Positions 52,080-64,000 of a stretch of 64,000 nt of DNA are shown here, one piece after another (position 1 is the first letter of the stretch; each line of letters opens with the position of its first letter). A model generated the notes under the pieces. It saw only the letters and a program-made list of their open reading frames with translations, had not been told where the DNA came from and made no database searches. Position numbers and translations under genes: made by a program. The DNA is from the human T2T-CHM13v2.0 reference genome, Homo sapiens. The stretch is taken from assembly GCF_009914755.1 (NCBI RefSeq), contig NC_060927.1, one strand, 5' to 3'.

Positions 52080-54574
52080 TTTATTTTTGTTATATTGATA
52101 CATAATGGATGTACATATTTTTGGGCTACATGTGATAATTTGATACATGTGTATAATCAATTCAGGGTAATCTGTCACCTTAAATATTTATTTTTCTTTA
52201 CTCTAGGAACATTCGAGTTATTCTCTTCTAGCTATTTTGAAATGTACGATGGATTAATATTAACTATATTCAGCCTACGGATCTATTGAACACCAGGTGT
52301 CCTTTCTTCTAACTGTATATTTGCACCCATTAATCAACCTCTCTTCAGCCTACCTTCCTCCCTACGCTTTCTGGCCTCTCGTCACCACCAACCTACTCTC
52401 TTTTCATGAAATCCACTCTTTTAGCTCCCACATATGAGTGAGAACATGTGATATTTGTCTTTCTGTGCCTCACTTATTTCACTTCACATAACTCCCAGTT
52501 CGATTTGTGTTGCTGCAAATGACATGGTTTCCTTCTTTTTGTGGCTGAATAATATTCCATTGTGTGTATATACTGTACTTTCTTTTTATCCATTCATCTA
52601 CTGATGGCCACTTAGGTTGATTTCACATTTTAGCTCTTGTGAATCATGCTGCAATAAACATTGCAGTAGAGATATTTCTTTGCTATATTGATTTTTTTTC
52701 TTTTGGATGTATACCATCAGTGGAATTGCTAGTTCATGTGGTAGTTATATTTTGAGCTTTCTGAGGAACCTCTGTACAGTTTTCTATAGTGGCTACACTA
52801 ATTTACATTCCCACCAGCAGTGGTACAAGGGTTCCCGTTTCTCCACATCCTTGCCAGCATCTGTTATTTCCAGACTTTTTGATAAATACCATGTTAACTG
52901 GGGTGAGATGGATATCTCATTGTGGTTTTGACTTGCATTTTTTGGATGATTAGTGATACTAAACATTTTTTCATATACCCCGTGGCCATTTGTAAGTCTT
53001 CTTTTGACAGATGTCTATTCAGATCTTTTGTCTATTTTTAAATCAAGTTTATTTGCTACTGAGTTGTTTGGGCTCTTTATTCTGGTTAATAATCCCTTGT
53101 CATATAGTTTGCAAATATTTTCTCTCATTCAATATGTTGTCTCTTCAATTTGGTTGTTTCCTTCGCTATGCAGAACGTTTTTAGTTTGATCTAAGTCCCA
53201 TTTGTCCATTTTTTGCTTTTGTTGCCTGTGCTTTTAAGGTTTTTCACAAAAAAGCTTTGCCCAGACCAACGTCCTGAAGCATTTCCCCAAAAGTTTCTTC
53301 TAGGAGTTTCATAGTTTGAGGTCTTAGATTTAAGTGTTCAATCCATTTTTATTTGATTTTTGTGTATAGTGAGAGATAAGGGCCTAGTTCATTCTTCTGC
53401 ACATGGTTATTCAATTTTCCCAGCACCATTTATTGAAGAGACTGATCTTTCCCATTGTATGTACTTGGCACTTTTGTCAAAACTGAGTTGGCTGTAAAAG
53501 TGTAGATTTATATCTGGATTCTCTATTCTGTTCCACTGATCTACTTTTATCTCAATACCATGCTATTTTGGTTAGTATAGCTTTGTAGTATATTTTGAAG
53601 TACAATAGTATAATGCCCCCAACTTACTTCTTTTTGATCAGCATTGCTTTGACTATTTGAGGTCTTTTATGTTTCTATACAAATTTTAGAATTTTTTTGT
53701 TTCTATGGAGAATATAACTCATATTTTGTTAGGGATTGCATTGAATTGTAGACTGCTTTGTTTAGTAGTCTCATTTTAACAATATTTTAATCTATGAGCA
53801 TGGAATATCTTTCCACTTTTTTGCATGTCTTCAATGTCTTTGAAGTGTTTTATAGTTTTCCTTATACAGATCTTTCACATCTTTGGTTAAATTTATTTCT
53901 AGGTATTTTATATTCTTTGCAGCTACTGTAAATGGGATTGCTTTTGTAATTTTTTTCAGAGTGTTCACTGTTGGCATATATAAATACTACTGATTTTTGT
54001 ATGTTGCTTTTGTATCCTGCAACTTTACTGAATTCGTTTATGAGCTCTAACAGTTTTTTGGTGGAGCCTTTAGATTTTTTAAAATGTGAGATTATGTCAT
54101 CTGCATACAAGGCTAATTTGACTTCTTCCTTTCCAATTTGGGTGCCCTTTACTTCCTTCTCTTGCCTAATTGCTCTGGCCAGAACTTTCAGTACTGTGTT
54201 GAATAAAAGTGGTGAAAGTGGATATTCTTGTCTTGTTCCAGATCTTGGAGGAAAGGCTTTTAATTTTTCCCTGTACAATATGATGGTGGCTGTAGGTTTG
54301 TCATATATGGCCCTTATTATTTTGAGGTGTGTTCTTTCTATACCCAGTTTTTTATGGTTTTAACATAAAGTGATGTTGAATTTTACCAAAAGATTTTCCA
54401 GCATCAATTGAAATAATCATATGGTTTATGTTCTTGGTTCTGTTATTTATTGATTTGCATATGTTGAATTATTCTTGCATCCCTGGGATGAATTCCACTT
54501 GATCACGGTGAATAATTTTTTAAACGCATTGTTGAATTTAGTTTGCCTAGTATTTTATTGAGGATTCTTGCATC
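52080..54574 (-). mobile_element. 5'-truncated L1MA (about L1MA3-5), 2.5 kb
   Basis: L1MA-type 3' end; ORF 53862-54278 is the RT core ([15 protein letters not shown]...LYADD); TSD atgaataa(a/g)tatt at 52067-52079 and 54575-54587. Confidence 0.92.
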
Positions 54575-55084
54575 ATGAATAAGTATTAACTTTTAGAAGT
54601 TTCGTTTTTGAAAAGGAGCCCACCTGGAGGATAAGAGTTTTGCACAGCAGCTATTCTATTAATTTGTTTTTCACATTGTCTTTCTTGGTTCCGATGTCAT
54701 GGACGTTAAAATACATGATCCAACTGACTCAGCATAGGCCTCTGAAAAAAAGGTGAAGCAAATCTCTTTATTTTATTCACCATTACATCAATAATCTCTT
54801 AAATAATGGTATTCCCTCCCAGTAAGGCTGTCTGTGGATTCATTAGGCTCCTAATATAGTAAATCAAATCAATATGTGCATTAACAAATATATAGTATCC
54901 CTAAGCCTTAATAGAGAAAGAAATACATAAGAAATTATAAATGAGTATCAGCAAATGTAAACTTACATCTTTCTTAGCCACTGAAATAAGTATAAGGAAC
55001 ACTCTCAACCGTTAACATTTTAAAGAAGATGAAAGCTTTGGAAAGGTCTTTAGACATAGCCGGAAGCTTCATTTGCTCTCTAGT

Positions 55085-55275
55085 CAGGGCTGTCCAAGAA
55101 AAGATTTTTGCAATGATGGAAATGTTATACAAGGTTGGATTGTTTAGCTTTTAGAGCCACACTGGCCAATCAGTATGGTAGCCACAGACACCTATGGCTA
55201 TTGACTGGTGACTTGAAATGTGGCTAGTGTGACTTAGGCAGTGAATTTTAAATTGCATTTAATTTTAATTGAGTT
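55085..55275. mobile_element. MER3-type MITE
   Basis: cagggctgtccaa...caatgatggaaatgtt...cagtatggtagccac...acttgaaatgtggctagtgtgact. Confidence 0.75.
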
Positions 55276-56197
55276 GAAATGAGTTCCTGAAATAGATTGA
55301 AACAAGAATGTACTTGGACTTCATTTACAGTGAGTAGTATGGCATAAGGATTTGGGGTTAGAATCTGTATCATGAATATCGTTTATCTATTGAAATTAAA
55401 TCCTGGCTGTCATGGTGAGAAGTAGCATGTGCTGATAATTCTAATTCTATCTCCCTAATGTTAGTTGCTCAATAAATGATAGTTGCTATTATTACTGTTA
55501 TTTCTAAAATTAACACTACTGTTTTTTTGGTTTTTGTTTACTCAGGAAAAAATTCCTGAGCACCTACTTACTACACTCCAGGCACTGTTTTTGGTGTTGG
55601 GGATGCATGTGAAAAGAGTTCAGGTATAATCCCTGCCTTCAAAGAGCTTACATTCTAATGAATTATCATTGTTGTTTTAATTCAATGATTTAATGAGATG
55701 CAAATTTGTTCATGCCACACTGAGATGCAGAAAGAGAATACATACATTTAATTTTTCTATAATTTGCTCTAACATCCCTCCCCTATTATACAGGATGAGG
55801 GAAAGGAAAGACTTAACTAGTTGGTTCTATCCAGCAGTTTTATCTGACTCCAATGCAATAATTTTTAAACAGTTTTATTTGGAGGGTAAGTTAAACTCAG
55901 CTTCTTTAGGTAAAAATAATCGCTTGTATTTTTGTCACGCTGCTGCTAAATTTTCTTCTTTTTTGGGGAGTTGGCTGTGATTTTTTTTTTGTTATTATAC
56001 ATTAAGTTCTAGGGTACACGTGCACAACGTGCAGGTTTGTTACATAGGTATATGTGTGCCATGTTGGTTTGCTGCACCCATCAACTCGTCATTTACATTA
56101 GGTATTTCTCCCAGCGCTATCCCTGCCCTAGCCCTCCACCCAACAACAGGCCCCAGTGTGGGGTATTCCCCTCCCTGTGTCCATATTTTCTCATTGT

Positions 56198-60025
<3,828 letters not shown>

Positions 60026-60088
60026 TACGATGCTAGTTGGTTATTTCACCCGTTAATTGATGCAGTTTCTTCATAGCATCAATGGTCT

Positions 60089-61102
60089 TTACAATTTGGC
60101 ATGTTTTTGCAGTAGCTGGTATTGGTTCTTTATTTCCACATGCTTCCTTCAGGAGCTCTTGTAAGGCAGGCCTGGTGGTGACAAAATCTTTCAGCATTTC
60201 CTTGTCTGTAAAGGATTTTATTTCTCCTTCACTTATGAAGCTTAGTTTGGCTGGATATGAAATTCTAGGTTGAAAATTCTTTTCTTTAAGAATGTCGAAT
60301 ATTGGCCCCCACTCTCGTCTTGTTTGTAGGGTTTCTGCAAAGAGATCTGCTGTTACACTGATGAGCTTCCCTTTGTAGGTAACCTGACCTTTCTCTCTGG
60401 CTGCCCTTAACATTTTTTTCCTTCATTTCAACCTTGGTGAATCTGACAATTATGTGTCTTCGGGTTGCTCTTCTCAAGGAGTATCTTTGTGGTGTTCTCT
60501 GTATTTCCTGAATTTGAATGTTGTCCTGCCTTGCTAGCTTGGGGAAGTTCTCCTTATTACTATCCTGAAGGGTGTTTTCTAACTTGGTTCCATTCTCCCT
60601 CTCACTTTCAGGTACACCAATCAAATGTAGATTTGGTCTTTTCACATAGTCCCATATTTCTTGGAGGCTTTATTTGTTTCTCTTCTTTCTCTAATCTTGT
60701 CTTCTCACTTTATTTAATTTGATCTTCAGTCGATCAAATTCGATCCTTTCTTCCACTTGATCGAATCGGCTTGTGAAGCTTGTGTATGCTTCACACAGTT
60801 CTCATACTGTGGTTTTCAGTTCCATCAGGTCATTTAAGCTCTTCTCTACATGGTTATTCTAGTTAGCCATTCGTCTAACCTTTTTTCATGGTTTTTAGCT
60901 TCTTTATGATGGGTTAGAACATGCTCCTTTAGCTCAGATAAGTTTGTTATTCTGACCTTCTGAAGCCTACTTCTGTCAACTCGTCAAACTCATTCTCTGT
61001 CCAGTTTTGTTCCCTTGCTGGAGAGGAGTTGTGTTCCTTTGGAGGAGAAGAGGCATTCAGGTTTTTGGAATTTTCAGCCTTTCTGCTCTGGTTTCTCCCC
61101 AT
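60089..61102 (-). pseudogene. L1 ORF1p, disrupted
   Basis: ATGGGGAGAAACCAG start at 61102; fragments KRPNLHLIGVPE, RHIIVRFTKV, REWGPIF...YPAKLSF. Confidence 0.93.
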
Positions 61103-62136
61103 CTTATTAGATTTATCTACCTTTGGTCTTTGATGTTGGTGACCTGCAGATGGGGTTTCGGTGTGGATGTCCTTTTTGTTGATGTTGATGCTATTCCTTT
61201 CGTTTTGTTAGTTTTCCTTCTAACAGACAGGCCCTTCAGCTGCAGGTCTGCTGGAGTTTGCTAGAGGCCCACTCCAGACCTTGTTTGCCTGGGTATCACC
61301 AGCGGAGGCTGCAGAACAGCAAATATTGCTGCCTGATCCTTCTTATGGAAGCTTCGTCCCAGAGAGGGACCCATCTGTATGAGGTGTCCGTCAGCCCCTC
61401 CTGGGAGATGTCTCCCAGTCAGGCTACACAGGAGTCAGGGACCCACTTGAGGAGGCAGTCTGTCTCTTCATGGATCTTGAACGCCATGTTGGGAGAACCA
61501 CTGCTCTCTTCAGAGCTGTCAGGCAGGGGGGCTTAAGTCTGTAGAAGCTGTCTGCTGCCTTTTGTTTAGTTATGCCCTGACCCCAGAGGTGGAATCTAGA
61601 GAGGCAGTAGGCCTTGTTGAGCTGCAGTGGGCTCCACCCAGTTGGAGCTTCCCTGCCTCTTTGTTTACACTGTGAGCATATAACTGCCTACTCAAGCCTC
61701 AGTGGACGCCCCTCCCCCCACCACACTTCAGTGTCCCAGGTCGATCCCAGACTGCTGCGTTAGCAGAGAGCAAGGCTCTGTGGATGTGGGACCCACCGAG
61801 CCAGGCACAGGAGGGAATCTCGTGGTCTGCTGGTTGTGAAGACCATGGGAAAAGCACAGTATTTGGGCAGGAGTGCATGGCTCTACCAGGCACAGTCCCT
61901 CACAGCTTCCCTTGGTTAGGAAAGGGAAATCCCCTGACCCCTTATGCTTCCTGGGTAAGGCGATTCCCTGTTCTGCTTCAGCTCACCTTCCATGTGCTGT
62001 ACCCACTGTCCAACCAGTCCCCACGAGACAAACCAGGTACCTCAGTTGGAAATGCAGAAATCACCCATCCTCTGCCTCTATCTCCCTGGGAGCTGTAGAC
62101 TAGAGCTATTCCTATTCTGCCATCTTAGAATCACCC
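61103..62136. promoter_or_regulatory. L1 5'UTR: internal sense promoter (minus) and antisense promoter region (plus)
   Basis: About 1.03-kb L1PA 5'UTR; YY1 core at 62119-62126; CpGs largely decayed; activity unknown. Confidence 0.6.
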
Positions 62137-62935
62137 CTAAATTTTCTTAGATGGTGTTTGAGTGTCTTGAAAAGGAGTGTAGCTACTGTGACCTTAAGAC
62201 AAAAGGGAAACCTGGGGAATCTTGGCTCTGACTTGGGCATTCTGTGCTCCTCTTTGGGTCCTGGCCAGCCACTGCTTCAATGATATTATATATCATCTGC
62301 CTCATCACTGCATGCCCTGCTGGCATGTGTGGTCAGATGATATCTGCAGCTGGTGGGACTTGTGGCCTGGGCACTCTCTCAGCTTGGTCAGGGCCCAGCT
62401 GCTCTTTTTGGCTGACTTGGCTTCACCTCTATTTTCTCTGGTTCTGCAACTCTCTGAGACCAGGCTGCAACTCTGAACCAGGTGGGCTACCTTGGCTTTC
62501 TCATGGTTGCTCCTTCCAGCCTAATCTTTATCCAAATCCTGGTTGATTTCTACATCTTTTCTCAGAGTGTAAGAGAGCTTCAGGCTTCCTTCCAAACCAG
62601 AGTGGAACCACAGCTGGTTTAGGAAAGCTAAACTTTCAGACTGTCCTTTTGCCTTTTGTCCTGTGCTGCTCAGTAGCTTTGATGTGGTCCTTCTCCAAGT
62701 GGAGTAGAATGGGGTAGTCCAGGAGGCTGTATGCTTTCTTAGTCCTAAGTGGGAAGCTGGGTCCCTCCATCTTTGGTTTTCCTTTATACCTGAGTAATAC
62801 TTTCTTCTTCAGACAGAAAAGAAGTGAAATCAGAGTACAAACATAAGCTCCCCTCCTCCCTTTTCTCCTCTTTCCATAATTCCCTGACTGTTTTTGTTTA
62901 ACTCTCCCTCTGCCTAGCTCCAACTTCTCCTCTGT

Positions 62936-63930
62936 CAGTGGCTCCTAATAATAGTTACACCATCCCTGGGGGAATTTTAGAAATGTGTTGGAGTGTTTGG
63001 GGGCTGGGGCATCATAATTATTGGAGAACTCCAGAAGCATTTAGTCAAGGGAAGTTGAATATCCTACAAAGTATGAAATTCCCATCCTGTAACACATATG
63101 TCCTATGTCTTCATGACCTTTAAATGTCCTTCTGGAAATTAGCACAAGTAAGAATTCTTTTTGAAACTATTTGAATCTATACTGTAACTCCTTTTCATAT
63201 ATAAACATATACATATATTAAATATATATTGACTTTTCCAAGAATGTAACCACCAAACAAATCAAGAGTATTACTTTATTTTGTTTTTAAATTTGCATGT
63301 CACTGATAGTAGAGCCACTCCTGGTATTTGAGTTGCCAATAAAACACACATGTGCTAGTGAGCATTTGTAGCTGTCACACTCCTGGTGATATTGCAACAT
63401 AGGTACACACATCTGCCAACCTCATTATATCTTTTAGTAGAATTGTACCTGAGCACTTACATACTACAATACATTTTACATGTATTTCCTTTTGTTTGTT
63501 TTTTTTTTCACTGCTAAGTCACTGATATTTATTAGCATCTTTCTCCTTCCCCTGGTTTTATGGTAAGACTTTTTATATTTATTTATTTATTTTCTACCTT
63601 AAGTGCTGGGATACATGTGCAGAATGTGCTGGTTTGTTACATAGGTATACATGTGCCATGGTGGTTTGCTGCACCTATCAACCTGTCATCTAGGTTTTAA
63701 GCCCTACATGCATTAGTATTTGTCCTAATGCTCTCCCTCCCCTTGCCCCCTACCCCCTGACAGGTCCTGGTGTGTGGTGCTCCCCTCCCTGTGTCCATGG
63801 GTTCTCATTGTTCAACCCCCACTTATGAGTGAGAACCTTTATCTTACTACTAGAGAACTGTTGCTTTTTTGAATTATGTTTGTAGATAGGTTATGTTTTC
63901 TATGAATTTCATTTCTATTTGCTAGAAAAA
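62936..63930. mobile_element. Old hAT-Charlie element (MER20B-like), interrupted by an L1 fragment
   Basis: cagtggctccta...gggggaattttagaaatgtg...gcatttagt...tatccta resembles the MER20B start; the extent is uncertain. Confidence 0.5.
63572..63836 (-). mobile_element. L1PA10-like 3'UTR fragment
   Basis: gggatacatgtgcagaatgtg...gccatggtggtttgctgcacctatcaacctgtcatctaggttttaagccc...cacttatgagtgagaac. Confidence 0.9.
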
Positions 63931-64000
63931 AATGGACCTTTGGTCTGTCTGCTTCTCCTCTATGACCTCAGCATCATGGGTAAATCATAATATGTGGAAG

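Overview
AT-rich, repeat-laden primate genomic DNA (AluY, AluS, AluJ, FLAM and L1PA elements point to a catarrhine, human-like genome). I could not identify any protein-coding exon, RNA gene or CpG island. The recognisable ORFs in the track are decayed L1 ORF1/ORF2 pieces; the rest look like chance or Alu/LTR-derived frames. Main content: a full-length but inactivated L1PA7-like element (55958-62136, minus) with a 12-bp TSD and an apparent short 3' transduction, a 2.5-kb L1MA, L1MB and L1PA10-like 3' fragments, eight Alu/FLAM copies, four LTRs clustered at 35-40 kb, MaLR LTRs, hAT MITEs (MER3, MER20, MER1B, MER58, MER63, MER102, MER91-like), MIR/L2 remnants and an ancient CR1/L3 RT fragment. 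Nearly all L1s and LTRs lie on the minus strand, which suggests an intron of a plus-strand transcription unit. I found no evidence for a new biological system. The most interesting observations are small templated duplications and inversions, the L1 tail structure, the L1 antisense-promoter donors and some repeat-poor, motif-rich candidate enhancers. Repeat subfamily names come from recalled consensus sequences and need RepeatMasker/Dfam confirmation.
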